NCBI GenBank assembly: GCA_963664405.1
Contig: OY761158.1
Coordinates: forward strand, 1,152,001-1,216,000
Source: Thermoanaerobaculia bacterium
GTDB taxonomy: Bacteria > Acidobacteriota > Thermoanaerobaculia > Multivoradales > Multivoraceae
Direction of reading: 5' to 3'
DNA length: 64,000 nucleotides
Shown here: one piece after another, positions 1 to 9,893 of the stretch
Layout of the letters: every line of letters starts with the position of its first letter
Position numbering within the stretch: position 1 is the stretch's first letter
Translations under genes and position numbers: made by a program
Notes under the pieces: generated by a model
Databases searched by the model: none
Told to the model about the DNA's origin: nothing
Seen by the model: the letters and a program-made list of their open reading frames with translations, nothing else

Positions 1-2
1 AA

Positions 3-284
3 GAGGGCGCACCCCACGAGTATTTGTTCTGGCGATCCGGCCACAACGGCGCCGTGCGCCACGGACAGTGGAAGCTGCTGCTTAGCGGATCGGACATCAA
101 ACGCCTCTACAACGCCGACGAAGACAAGAGTGAATCGAAAGACCTGTCTGCGAAACACCCCGAGCTGGTCGAGAGGATGAAGAAGGCCTTCGCCCGATGG
201 AGCAAAGAGATGGCACAGCCGAGGGAGTCGTCGCGAAGGATCAAGACGCACTACAACGGTGACGAGATAGAGTGGCATATCTGA
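3..284 (+). CDS. Arylsulfatase-family protein, C-terminal part (gene starts before the window)
   Basis: Frame is open from base 3 (EGAPHEYLFWRSG...AVRHGQWKL...LYNADEDKSESKDLSAKHPELVERM), a typical sulfatase C-terminus; stop overlaps the next gene. Confidence 0.85.
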   Translation, partial: EGAPHEYLFWRSGHNGAVRHGQWKLLLSGSDIKRLYNADEDKSESKDLSAKHPELVERMKKAFARWSKEMAQPRESSRRIKTHYNGDEIEWHI

Positions 285-1711
285 GAGCCCTCACGGCGTG
301 CATAGCGGCGCTGTGTTCCACTAGCACTTCTCCCGCAGCGAGCCAGGCCAAGCCGAACATCGTCATCCTGGTAGCCGACGACCTGGGCTGGAAAGACGTC
401 GGCTTCCACGGCGCCGAGTTTCCGACCCCGCATATCGATCGGATCGCGGCAGAGGGAGTCGAGCTCTCGCGTTTCTACGCCACTCCGGTCTGCTCCCCTA
501 CCCGGGTTGGATTGATGACCGGGAAGCATCCCATCCGCTTCGGTCTGGCGCGGGCGACGATCAAAGAATGGACCCCTCAGCTCGGAGTCCCCTCGACTGA
601 AGAGACGGTCGCCGAGATGCTGGCTCGCGCCGGGTATTCACCGCGCGGCGCCTTCGGGAAGTGGCACCTGGGATGGGGCAAGGACTTCCACCCCTACCGG
701 CAGGGCTTCACCGACTTCGTCGGTCACTACGGCGGCTCCATCGACTATTTCAAGCACACCCGAGCGGGGATGGTCGACTGGCACCACGGCTACTCGCTGA
801 GCGACGAGCAGGGCTACAGCACACAGCTCATCGGCGAGCATGCCGTTCGCTTTGTCGAGAGGTGCTCAGCGGGACAGCCCTTCTTCCTCTACGTCTCCTT
901 CAACGCGATTCACACCCCCAACCACGTGCTCAAAGAGCACATGCTGCGGAACGCAAAGATCGAGCCTTTGAATCGGCGAGAGAAGGCAGCGATGACCACC
1001 TCCATGGACGACGAGATCGGCAAGGTGCTCGGCGCGCTCGATGACAAAGGCATCGCCAACGAGACTCTGGTGCTGTTCTTCAGCGACAACGGAGGCGTAC
1101 CGCCATCGGGCTCGAGCAACGAGCCGCTGCGGGGCCGCAAGCACACGGTCTACGAGGGAGGCATTCGAGTTGCTGCGGCGGCCCGCTGGCCGGCAGCCGG
1201 AATCTCCGGCGGCAGCCGGATCACCGCGCCGCTATCTATTCTCGATGTCTTCCCCACCCTGATCCATGTCTCGGGACTCACTCGGCGCGAGGGTGGGGGT
1301 GGGGACGGCAAGAACGTCATCGAGATTCTGCAAGGCAAGGTGGACGCGCGGGACGATTTCGAGTTCTACGCCTATTTCAACGGTAAGTTCATCACCGGAA
1401 ACGACCCACTGACGGATGCAAAGAGACGAGAGCACACAGCCGTCATCGACGGCGAGTGGAAGTTGTTGCGGGAAGGTCCGAATCTCGATCTTGCGCCCGA
1501 TCCGGCCGCAGACGCCAGGCTGGAGCTCTTCCACCTCCGCGATGATCCCAACGAAGGGGATAACGTCGCCGCCGCACATCCGGAGAGGGTCTCGAATCTG
1601 CTCGAGAAGATCGTGCGCTTCCGCCGACTCAAGCCGGCAGACGCGACGCCGATTCCCCTCTACGAGCCTGAGGGCTGGAAGCCACCGAAGAGTTGGAGAG
1701 TCGCGGAGTGA
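272..1711 (+). CDS. Secreted Cys-type (formylglycine-dependent) arylsulfatase
   Basis: Signal peptide; KPNIVILVADDLG; CSPTR; GKWHLG; FSDNGG; YEGGIRV. Confidence 0.95.
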   Translation: MAYLRALTACIAALCSTSTSPAASQAKPNIVILVADDLGWKDVGFHGAEFPTPHIDRIAAEGVELSRFYATPVCSPTRVGLMTGKHPIRFGLARATIKEWTPQLGVPSTEETVAEMLARAGYSPRGAFGKWHLGWGKDFHPYRQGFTDFVGHYGGSIDYFKHTRAGMVDWHHGYSLSDEQGYSTQLIGEHAVRFVERCSAGQPFFLYVSFNAIHTPNHVLKEHMLRNAKIEPLNRREKAAMTTSMDDEIGKVLGALDDKGIANETLVLFFSDNGGVPPSGSSNEPLRGRKHTVYEGGIRVAAAARWPAAGISGGSRITAPLSILDVFPTLIHVSGLTRREGGGGDGKNVIEILQGKVDARDDFEFYAYFNGKFITGNDPLTDAKRREHTAVIDGEWKLLREGPNLDLAPDPAADARLELFHLRDDPNEGDNVAAAHPERVSNLLEKIVRFRRLKPADATPIPLYEPEGWKPPKSWRVAE

Positions 1712-3216
1712 AGGGCTTTGCTCTCGCTCTCCTCTGCGTATCCGCGGCCACCACGGTCGCCCGCCCCGCCGCGGGCAAGCGGCCCAATATCCTCCTCATC
1801 GTCTCGGAAGACAACGGACCCGAGCTTGGCTCCTACGGTGACCCCTACGCCCAGACACCGGTCCTCGACGAGCTTGCCGAGAGTGGGGTTCGCTTCGAGC
1901 GAGCTTACGTTCCTCAAGCGGGTTGCAGCCCCTCTCGGGCAGCCTTCCTCACCGGCCTATATCCCCATCAGAACGGGCAGATCGGCCTCGCGACCTGGAA
2001 CTATCGGATCTATCGCCACGACACCCCCAATGCAGCTAAGAGCCTCAAGAAGGTCGGCTACCGTACCGGAATCATCGGCAAGCTCCACGTCAATCCCGAA
2101 GAGGATTTCCCCTTCGATTTCATCCGCATTCACCACGCCGGGTTCCAGCGCGAAGAGCTGGGCGCGTACGCGGCGAGAGCGGGCGAATTCTTCGAGCAGT
2201 CCGATCGGCCCTTCTTCCTCTCGATCAACTATCCAGACGCTCACCGGCCCTTCCTGCGCCAGGCGGACGGGTTACCGAAGCACCCGCTCGTGGCCGAGGA
2301 GGTCGAGCCGCTCCCTTACATGGGGCTCGACTCTCCTGTGCTACGGAGGGATACGGCGGACTATTACAACTCCATCAGCCGGCTCGACAGTCTGATCGGC
2401 GATCTGCTGCAGGAGCTCCGCCGGGCCGGCAAGTTCGACGACACGCTGATCGTCTACATCGGCGATCATGGTGCCGACCTGCTTCGCGGCAAGAGGACCT
2501 GCTACGAGGGCGGCCTGCGGATTCCGATGATCGCTCGATGGCCGGGACGAAAAGCGAAGGGCGAAGTCCGCACCGAGCTCGTCTCCACCCTCGATCTTCT
2601 GCCCACCTTCCTCGAGGCGGCCGGCGCCGAGCCGATCCGAGGGCTACCGGGCCGATCACTCGAGCCTCTCCTCAGCGGAGAAAGTGTCGCCTGGCGCGAG
2701 CTTCTCTTCACCGAGTACCACGTTCATTCAAACCACAACTATTACCCGCAGCGTGCGGTCCGGAACCAGCGCTACAAGCTGATCTGGAACCTGATGCCCG
2801 GCGAAGTGAACCCCGGGTACGACTTCACTATCGACAAGTTCATCGGCGCCGAGGAAATGAAGACTGCGCTGAGCGGGGCGTCGGAAGCGATCCGAAAGGC
2901 CTACGAAATGATGCGTCGGCCTCCGGAGCTCGAGCTCTACGATCTCGCGGAAGATCCTTTCGAATTTCAGAATCTCGCCGACGACCCACAACACGTCGGG
3001 ACTCTTGGCGAGTTGAAGGACGCACTGCTGGCGTGGCGACGGGAGACGGACGACCCCTTCCTCGACCCCGTGAAGGTGAAGCGCCTCCAGGCCGAGATCG
3101 AGGCCACTCGCAAGAATGGCGAGTACCAGAGACCCGAGAGCTGGCGCTACCCCGAATATCTCGCCCCGGCCAAGCCGCCGTGGAGCGATGGCAGCGAATC
3201 AGGAGCAAGTCTGTGA
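1708..3216 (+). CDS. Secreted sulfatase, N-sulfoglucosamine sulfohydrolase-like
   Basis: GTG at 1708 overlaps the upstream stop (GTGA) and gives a signal peptide; RPNILLIVSEDNG; CSPSR; GKLHV; GDHG; ELYDL..DP.E. Confidence 0.92.
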   Translation: MKGFALALLCVSAATTVARPAAGKRPNILLIVSEDNGPELGSYGDPYAQTPVLDELAESGVRFERAYVPQAGCSPSRAAFLTGLYPHQNGQIGLATWNYRIYRHDTPNAAKSLKKVGYRTGIIGKLHVNPEEDFPFDFIRIHHAGFQREELGAYAARAGEFFEQSDRPFFLSINYPDAHRPFLRQADGLPKHPLVAEEVEPLPYMGLDSPVLRRDTADYYNSISRLDSLIGDLLQELRRAGKFDDTLIVYIGDHGADLLRGKRTCYEGGLRIPMIARWPGRKAKGEVRTELVSTLDLLPTFLEAAGAEPIRGLPGRSLEPLLSGESVAWRELLFTEYHVHSNHNYYPQRAVRNQRYKLIWNLMPGEVNPGYDFTIDKFIGAEEMKTALSGASEAIRKAYEMMRRPPELELYDLAEDPFEFQNLADDPQHVGTLGELKDALLAWRRETDDPFLDPVKVKRLQAEIEATRKNGEYQRPESWRYPEYLAPAKPPWSDGSESGASL

Positions 3217-5810
3217 GCCGAGCTGTCGCCTCCGTCCTGCTGATCGGACTCTTCGCCCCGCCGGTGAGGAGCGAGATGCCTGCGGGCTACACCATCCCCA
3301 CCGTCGACCTCGCCGCCGAGACCTTTCGTCAAGTGGTCGTCGACCGCGAGGCGGGCCAGTACCTTGGGCACCCCTCTACTCTGCTGCTGCCCGACAACAA
3401 GACCTTGCTCATCACTTATCCGAAAGGGCATGGCCGCGGCGGAATCATCTACAAGAGGAGCTACGACGGCGGAGTGACCTGGACCGATCGCCTGCCGGTG
3501 CCGGAGAACTGGTCCACCTCGCTCGAAGTGCCGACCCTCTTCCGCCTGATCGATCCGAAGGGGGTGCCGCGAATCTTGATGTTCTCGGGCAAGGGAGATG
3601 TCGTTCGCGTCGCCCGCTCGGAAGACGACGGCGAGACCTGGACGCCGCTGCAGCCGATCCGCACCGACGGCCCCGACTTCAGCGGCATCGTGACCATGGG
3701 GAGCATGGTCGCGCTCGACGACGGGTCGTATATGGCCTTCTTTCACGATGACGGTCGCTGGCTGCGCAGGCCGGCGGAACATCCCGAAGGCGAGCGTTTC
3801 AAGGTCTTCAAAACGCTGTCTGAGGACGGAGGGCTGAGCTGGTCTCAGCCCGAGGTGATCGCCGAGCATCCACAGGCTCATCTGTGCGAGCCCGGCGCGC
3901 TACGCTCCCCCGACGGCAAGCAGATCGCGGTGCTGCTTCGCGAGAACAGCCGCCGGCTCAACTCCTTTGTCATCTTCTCTGACGACGAGGGCAAGACCTG
4001 GAGCAATCCACGCGAGTTGCCGGCGGCGCTGACCGGGGATCGGCACACCGCCAGATACGCTCCGGACGGGCGACTCTTCATCAGCTTTCGCGACCAGACT
4101 CGCGACAGTCCGACCTGGGGCGATTTCGTCGGCTGGGTCGGCACTTACCAGGACATCGTCGACGGCGCAGAGGGCCAATACCGAGTGCGGTTGATGGACA
4201 ACCACGAACGAGCCGACACCACCTATCCCGGAGTGGAGCTCTTACCCGACGGCACTTTCGTCGTCACCACCTACGGCCATTGGGTGCCAGAGGAAGAGTC
4301 CTTCATCGTCAGTGTGCGCTTCAAGCTCGAAGAGCTGGACCAGCGAGCTGCCTTCTCCACCCATCAGCCCACCAGCATGGTTCTGGGTACGACACCCCAC
4401 GACACGCTCAGCACTGCGACGCCCGCGCAGCCGGCAGTCGCCCGGGCCGAGGTCGATACCACCGTGTCCGCTCAAAGCAAACCCAACGTGGTGTTCGTAG
4501 CTTTCGACGATCTCAACGATTGGTGGTTGGAGCCGGAGTCGCCTCTCCACATGCCCAACCTGGATCGTCTCGCTCGCCAGGGGATCTCGTTCACCCAGGC
4601 TTATACGGCTTCGCCGGCCTGCAACCCCTCGCGCGCCGCCCTCCTGTTGGGCCGCGCCGCCTCCTCCACCGGCATCTACGGCAATAGATCGGACTGGCGC
4701 CGAGCCCAGCCGGAAGCCGTCACCCTGCCCCGCTTCTTCATCGACCACGGCTACCGGGTCGAGGGTGCCGGAAAGATCTTTCACCACCATTTCAACAGTG
4801 CTTTCCATGACCCGGCTTCCTTTCACCACTTCCAGAAGATGCAGCTCGACGTGATGCCGCGCCGCAAGCTCAACGGCATCTACCACGGCGTCACCAGCCC
4901 GAACTACGACTGGGGACCGTGGCCGATGGCTGAGACCGAGGCACCGGACGTACGCACTGTCGACTTCGGCATCGACTTTCTCGAGAGGCCACACAGCGAG
5001 CCATTCTTCCTGGCGATCGGGATCTTCAGGCCGCATATGCCGTTCTTTGCTCCTCCAAAGTACTTCTCTCACTACCCGCGCGACCAGGTGGTGATGCCGA
5101 AGAGGCTGGAGGGCGATCTCGACGACATCCCCTCCGGCGGCATGGCGCTGTGGAGCGCCAACCGCCGCTTCTTCGACACCCTGAAGCGCGAGGAGGGTGA
5201 AAGCCCTGGTACCTGGGAGGCCGCGGTGCGTGCCTACCAGGCGTCCAGCACCTTTGCCGATCACCAGCTCGGCCGCCTCCTCGATGCCCTGGCGATGTCG
5301 CCGCATCGGAACAACACGATCATCGTGGTGTGGTCCGACCACGGCTATCACCTGGGAGAGAAGGAGCACTGGGAGAAATTCGCCCTATGGGAAAAGGCGA
5401 CCCGAGTGCCGCTGATCATCGTAGCCCCCGGGGTGACGCAGCCAGGTTCCCGGTCAACGAGACCGGTCAGTCTCCTCGATCTCTACCCCACTCTGATCGA
5501 GCTCGCGGGGCTGCCACGCAAAGACGATCTCGACGGGCTGAGTCTGGTTCCCCTATTGAAGGACCCGGCGCAGGAGAGGGCCCGACCGGCGGTGATGACC
5601 TACGGACGCGGCAACCACGCGGTGCGCTCCGAGCGCTGGCGTTACATTCGCTACGCCGACGGCAGTGAAGAGCTCTACGACGAAGAGGCCGATCCAAATG
5701 AGTGGCGCAACCTGGCAAGCGACCCCGCCCACACGAGAGTGATCGAAAGGCTGCAAGAGTGGCTGCCGAAACAAGACGCGCCACCGGTCGCGGACCTGGT
5801 CGTCCCGTAG
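3213..5810 (+). CDS. Fusion of a BNR-repeat sialidase-like domain and a sulfatase (about 865 aa)
   Basis: GTG at 3213 (GTGA overlap) gives a signal peptide, and the ORF-track extension to 2538 lies inside the previous gene. Four Asp-boxes (SYDGGVTW, SEDDGETW, SEDGGLSW, SDDEGKTW), a T/P/A-rich linker, then KPNVVFVAFDDLND, CNPSR, GKIFH, WSDHGYHLGEK. Confidence 0.9.
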   Translation: MSRAVASVLLIGLFAPPVRSEMPAGYTIPTVDLAAETFRQVVVDREAGQYLGHPSTLLLPDNKTLLITYPKGHGRGGIIYKRSYDGGVTWTDRLPVPENWSTSLEVPTLFRLIDPKGVPRILMFSGKGDVVRVARSEDDGETWTPLQPIRTDGPDFSGIVTMGSMVALDDGSYMAFFHDDGRWLRRPAEHPEGERFKVFKTLSEDGGLSWSQPEVIAEHPQAHLCEPGALRSPDGKQIAVLLRENSRRLNSFVIFSDDEGKTWSNPRELPAALTGDRHTARYAPDGRLFISFRDQTRDSPTWGDFVGWVGTYQDIVDGAEGQYRVRLMDNHERADTTYPGVELLPDGTFVVTTYGHWVPEEESFIVSVRFKLEELDQRAAFSTHQPTSMVLGTTPHDTLSTATPAQPAVARAEVDTTVSAQSKPNVVFVAFDDLNDWWLEPESPLHMPNLDRLARQGISFTQAYTASPACNPSRAALLLGRAASSTGIYGNRSDWRRAQPEAVTLPRFFIDHGYRVEGAGKIFHHHFNSAFHDPASFHHFQKMQLDVMPRRKLNGIYHGVTSPNYDWGPWPMAETEAPDVRTVDFGIDFLERPHSEPFFLAIGIFRPHMPFFAPPKYFSHYPRDQVVMPKRLEGDLDDIPSGGMALWSANRRFFDTLKREEGESPGTWEAAVRAYQASSTFADHQLGRLLDALAMSPHRNNTIIVVWSDHGYHLGEKEHWEKFALWEKATRVPLIIVAPGVTQPGSRSTRPVSLLDLYPTLIELAGLPRKDDLDGLSLVPLLKDPAQERARPAVMTYGRGNHAVRSERWRYIRYADGSEELYDEEADPNEWRNLASDPAHTRVIERLQEWLPKQDAPPVADLVVP

Positions 5811-5844
5811 GTGATAGGAGCCCGATGAGAGAAGGCCCCCGACG

Positions 5845-7338
5845 GTGATCAGCCGACGCAGCTTCTTGGCCCAGACCCTCGGCGCCGGCGTGGCGGCGAC
5901 AGCCAAGCGAGAGACAGCTGACCGCCTGAACGTGCTCTTCCTCGCCGTCGACGATCTGCGACCTGAGCTCGGCTGCTATGGGAACGGAAAAATCCATACG
6001 CCCAACCTCGACCGGCTCGCGGCCCGCAGTCTCCTCTTCGAGCGGGCCTACTGCCAAGCTCCCGTCTGCGGCCCTTCACGGGCCTCGCTGATAACCGGCC
6101 TGCGCCCAGACACCACCAGGGTGTGGGGCAACAAAGCCCGATTCCGCGACACTCTGCCGGAAGCGATCACTCTTCCCCAGCGATTCAAGCAGGCGGGATT
6201 CCATACCCGCTCTCTGGGCAAGATCCTGCACGGGAACAGAGCCGACCCGCGCTCGTGGAGCGTGCCCGCCTGGCCGGAAGGCGGGCGCCAGGCCGGTATG
6301 GAGTACGTCGACCAAGAACGGCTCGCGGCGATGCGAAAGGCGGAGCCCGATCGTGTCTGGCAGGGCGAGGAGATACCCACACTCGAGTGGACCAAGCTAC
6401 ATTCGTGGCAAGCGCCGATCGTAGCGGACAACGCACTTCAGGACGGAAAGGCTGCCGATCGCGCGATCGCCGCTCTTCGCGAGCTACGTAATCAGCCCTT
6501 CTTTCTCGCTGTCGGCTTTCAGAAACCGCACCTCCCTTTTACCGCCCCGAAGAAGTACTTCGACCTCTACGACCCGGCAACACTCTCGGTCGCAGCCGGG
6601 AGCCGACCTGCCGAAGCGCCGGCGGTGGCCTTCACCAACTGGGAAGAGCTCCGCGGCTATGCCGACATCCCGTCACAGGGTCCGCTGCCGGAGGGCAAGG
6701 CCCGCGAGCTGGTCCACGGATACTATGCGGCAACCAGCTACATGGACGCCCAGGCCGGACGGGTGCTCGACGAGCTCGACCGACTGGGTCTGGCGGAGCG
6801 CACGGTGGTTGTCCTATTCGGAGATCACGGCTGGCACCTCGGTGAACAGGACTTGTGGGCGAAGACCAACAACTACGAATTGGACGCGCGAGCTCCCTTG
6901 ACGGTGTCCGTGCCCGGGATGCGGGCCGCAGGTCGCAGCTGTGATCGCCTGGTCGAGCTGGTCGATCTTTACCCGACCCTGTGCGAGGCCTGCGTCATCG
7001 AGGCGCCCGCGGAGCTCGAAGGAACCAGCCTGATGCCGCTGCTGGAGGATCCGGATCTCCCCTGGAAGAAGGCAGCCTTCAGCCAGATTCCGCGGCCGTA
7101 CCTAAGCGATCATGACTGGAGCCAAATGGGCTACACCCTGCGCACCGAACGCTACCGCTACACCGAGTGGCGCAATCGAGACCGGACGGTGCACGCACGA
7201 GAGCTCTATGACTACGAGCTCGCACCCACCGAGACCGTCAATCTGGCCGGCCGCGCCGAGCATGCCGCGCTGGTCGAGGGGCTATCGAGGCAGCTGCAAG
7301 CCGGCTGGCGTCAAGCCTTGCCGGGCCGCGAGAAGTGA
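5845..7338 (+). CDS. Tat-exported iduronate-2-sulfatase/choline-sulfatase-like sulfatase
   Basis: SRRSFL twin-arginine motif; NVLFLAVDDLR; CGPSR; GFQKPHLPF; GDHGWHLGE. Confidence 0.93.
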   Translation: MISRRSFLAQTLGAGVAATAKRETADRLNVLFLAVDDLRPELGCYGNGKIHTPNLDRLAARSLLFERAYCQAPVCGPSRASLITGLRPDTTRVWGNKARFRDTLPEAITLPQRFKQAGFHTRSLGKILHGNRADPRSWSVPAWPEGGRQAGMEYVDQERLAAMRKAEPDRVWQGEEIPTLEWTKLHSWQAPIVADNALQDGKAADRAIAALRELRNQPFFLAVGFQKPHLPFTAPKKYFDLYDPATLSVAAGSRPAEAPAVAFTNWEELRGYADIPSQGPLPEGKARELVHGYYAATSYMDAQAGRVLDELDRLGLAERTVVVLFGDHGWHLGEQDLWAKTNNYELDARAPLTVSVPGMRAAGRSCDRLVELVDLYPTLCEACVIEAPAELEGTSLMPLLEDPDLPWKKAAFSQIPRPYLSDHDWSQMGYTLRTERYRYTEWRNRDRTVHARELYDYELAPTETVNLAGRAEHAALVEGLSRQLQAGWRQALPGREK

Positions 7339-9893
7339 TCTTGCTGCAACCCGTCAAGAAAGCTCTTCGCGCTCTCGCCTCCGCCACGAAGGCGGCGGGG
7401 CTACTGGCACTGCTACTGCCAACGGCGTCAGGCGCGGAGCCCTACACCTGGCAGACGCTGGCGGATCTTCCGGAGCCGCTGGGGGTGGCGGGGCCTTTCG
7501 TCGGCACCAGCAACGGCTCGCTGGTGGTGGCAGGCGGGGCTCACTTCCCCGTCTCCCCCTTCCAAGGCGGAACCAAAGTCTGGATCGACTCGGTCTATGT
7601 TCTGGACGATCCCGAGAGTCAATGGCGGCAGGCGGGCCGATTGGATCGTCCGCTGGCCTATGGAGGCTCGGTCACCACCCCGGAAGGGATCGTGCTCCTC
7701 GGCGGCTCGGATTCGAGCCGGCACTACGCCGACGTGATCCGACTCCGAGTCGTCGACGGACGCATCGAAAAGGAGGAGTTGCCCGATCTTCCACGGGCGT
7801 GCGCGAACATCGGCGCCGCAATGCTCGGTAACGCTATCTACGTCGCCGGCGGGCAGGGCGATCCAGGCTCGCGCTCCGCGCTGAGGAACTTCTGGCGGCT
7901 GGATCTGTCGCGTGAGCCACTGCAGTGGGAGCCGCTCGAGCCATGGCGGGGCCCACCGCGCATGCTGCCGGTGGTCGCGACCCAGGACGGAGCCCTCTAT
8001 GTCATCAGCGGCGCGGAGCTGCTCACCGACGACGCCGGAGGTGTAACTCGCCGCTTTCTGACCGACGTATGGCGCTACAGACCCGAGAGCGGCGTCTGGG
8101 ACCCGGTTGCCGAAGCGCCACGAGCGATGGTCGCGGCACCGGCGATCGCGGAAGGCCAGAGCCACATCCTCGTCTTCGGCGGAGACGACGGGGACGACTT
8201 CTTGCGCCAGGCAGAGCTCGGCGACGACCATCCCGGATTCGCCAGGCGAGCTCTGGCGTACCACACCATCACCGACACCTGGGCGGACCTGGGAGCGACA
8301 CCCTTCGGCCACGTAACTACAACCGCCGTGAGATGGCGGGGCCAGGTGATCGTTGCCAGCGGCGAGGACCGACCGGGACACCGTTCTTCGCGCGTCTACG
8401 CCGGAGCCCCACCACCCAAAAGCCATCTCACCGCGGTCGACACGGTGACCATGGCTCTCTACCTGCTCTCGCTGGTGATCATGGGACTCTACCTCTCGCG
8501 CCGCGGCAAGAGCACTGAGGATTTCTTTCTGGCCGGGCGCCGCATTCCCTGGTGGGCCGCAGGTCTGAGCATCTTCGGCACCCAGTTGAGCGCGATCACT
8601 TTCATGACCATCCCGGCCAAGGCCTACGCCACCGACTGGGTCTTCTTCATGGCCAATGTCGCCATCGTCGCCATCGCTCCGATCGTCATCGTGTTCTATC
8701 TCCCCTTCTTCCAGCGGCTGCGGGTCACCACTGTCTACGAGTATCTCGAGCTGCGCTTCAACGTGCAGGTGCGCCTGTTCGCTAGCCTCGCCTTCATCCT
8801 CTTCCAGCTCGGCCGCATGACCATCGTGCTCTTCTTGCCGGCCCTCGCCCTCTCTACAGTCACCGGCATGAACGTCTACATGTGCATCCTGGTGACGGGC
8901 CTTCTCTGCACTTTCTACACCGTCCTCGGCGGTATCGAGGCCGTGATCTGGACTGATGTGCTGCAAGTCATCGTCCTGCTCGGAGGAGGCCTCCTCAGTC
9001 TGGCGCTGATCCTCCACGACGTGGGGGGGCTCGGCGAGGTGGTGCAAACGGGGGCGGCTGACGGCAAGTTCCACATGATCGACTGGTCCTGGGACATGAC
9101 AACGACCTCGGTATGGATCGTGCTCTTCGGCAGCATGTTCGCAAACCTGGGTGTCTACACCTCGGACCAGAGCGTGGTTCAACGCTACCTCACGACCAAG
9201 GACGAGAAGGCAGCGGCCCGCTCGATCTGGACCAACGTGGCGGTCGGGATGCCGGGCACCGTTCTGTGGTTTGGCCTCGGCACCTGCCTCTATGTGTTCT
9301 ACAAACAGCGACCGGGGGATCTCGATCCCGGGGTGAGCACGGATGCGATCTTGCCTCTTTTCATCGCCAAGGAGCTCCCTTCCGGCGTCTCGGGCGCGAT
9401 CATCGCCGCCGTCTTCGCAGCCACGATGTCGTCCCTCGACAGCAGTCTGCACAGCATCTCGACCGTTGTCGTCACCGACTTCTACCGCCGCTTTCGTCAG
9501 GCGGCGACCGATCTCGACTGTCTGAGGCTGGCCAAGCGAGTGACCGCCGTCCTCGGCTTTGCCGCCACCGTGACGGCACTCCTTTTGGCCACCTACGACT
9601 TCGGCTCGCTCTGGGATGTTTTCCTGGAGGTAATGGGCTTGTTCGGCGGCGCCTTGGGCGGGCTTTTCGCGCTGGGGATCTTCACCAAGCGCGCGACCGG
9701 GCCGGGGGCCTTGGTCGGAGCGCTCACCAGCGCCGTAGTGCTCTATCTGGTGCGGACCTATACCCCGCTTCACTTCCTCACCTACGCCGCGGTCGGTGCG
9801 TCGGTCTGTCTACTCGTAGGCTATGCGGCCAGCCTGGTGCTTCCAGGGCGCCCCAAAGATCTGACCGGACTCACGGTCTACACAAAGAGCTAG
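7335..9893 (+). CDS. Kelch-repeat (NanM-like) domain fused to a sodium:solute symporter (SiaT-like)
   Basis: GTGA overlap; signal peptide; Kelch GG repeats (LVVAGGAHF, IVLLGGS, IYVAGGQ, ILVFGGD); SSS motifs FFLAGRRIPWW, LGGIEAVIWTDVLQ, DQSVVQRYL, FAATMSSLDS. Confidence 0.92.
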   Translation: MILLQPVKKALRALASATKAAGLLALLLPTASGAEPYTWQTLADLPEPLGVAGPFVGTSNGSLVVAGGAHFPVSPFQGGTKVWIDSVYVLDDPESQWRQAGRLDRPLAYGGSVTTPEGIVLLGGSDSSRHYADVIRLRVVDGRIEKEELPDLPRACANIGAAMLGNAIYVAGGQGDPGSRSALRNFWRLDLSREPLQWEPLEPWRGPPRMLPVVATQDGALYVISGAELLTDDAGGVTRRFLTDVWRYRPESGVWDPVAEAPRAMVAAPAIAEGQSHILVFGGDDGDDFLRQAELGDDHPGFARRALAYHTITDTWADLGATPFGHVTTTAVRWRGQVIVASGEDRPGHRSSRVYAGAPPPKSHLTAVDTVTMALYLLSLVIMGLYLSRRGKSTEDFFLAGRRIPWWAAGLSIFGTQLSAITFMTIPAKAYATDWVFFMANVAIVAIAPIVIVFYLPFFQRLRVTTVYEYLELRFNVQVRLFASLAFILFQLGRMTIVLFLPALALSTVTGMNVYMCILVTGLLCTFYTVLGGIEAVIWTDVLQVIVLLGGGLLSLALILHDVGGLGEVVQTGAADGKFHMIDWSWDMTTTSVWIVLFGSMFANLGVYTSDQSVVQRYLTTKDEKAAARSIWTNVAVGMPGTVLWFGLGTCLYVFYKQRPGDLDPGVSTDAILPLFIAKELPSGVSGAIIAAVFAATMSSLDSSLHSISTVVVTDFYRRFRQAATDLDCLRLAKRVTAVLGFAATVTALLLATYDFGSLWDVFLEVMGLFGGALGGLFALGIFTKRATGPGALVGALTSAVVLYLVRTYTPLHFLTYAAVGASVCLLVGYAASLVLPGRPKDLTGLTVYTKS

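Noticed and set aside
2538-3212. 225-aa N-terminal extension of the sialidase-sulfatase ORF
   Set aside because: Arg/Pro-rich off-frame translation inside the preceding sulfatase; GTG at 3213 gives a signal peptide and a GTGA overlap.
7428-9773. 781-aa antisense ORF (also 19030-20361, 25240-26619, 29844-31217, 48956-50209, 61506-63119)
   Set aside because: Shadow frames of well-supported genes on the opposite strand, expected at high GC3; no recognisable motifs.
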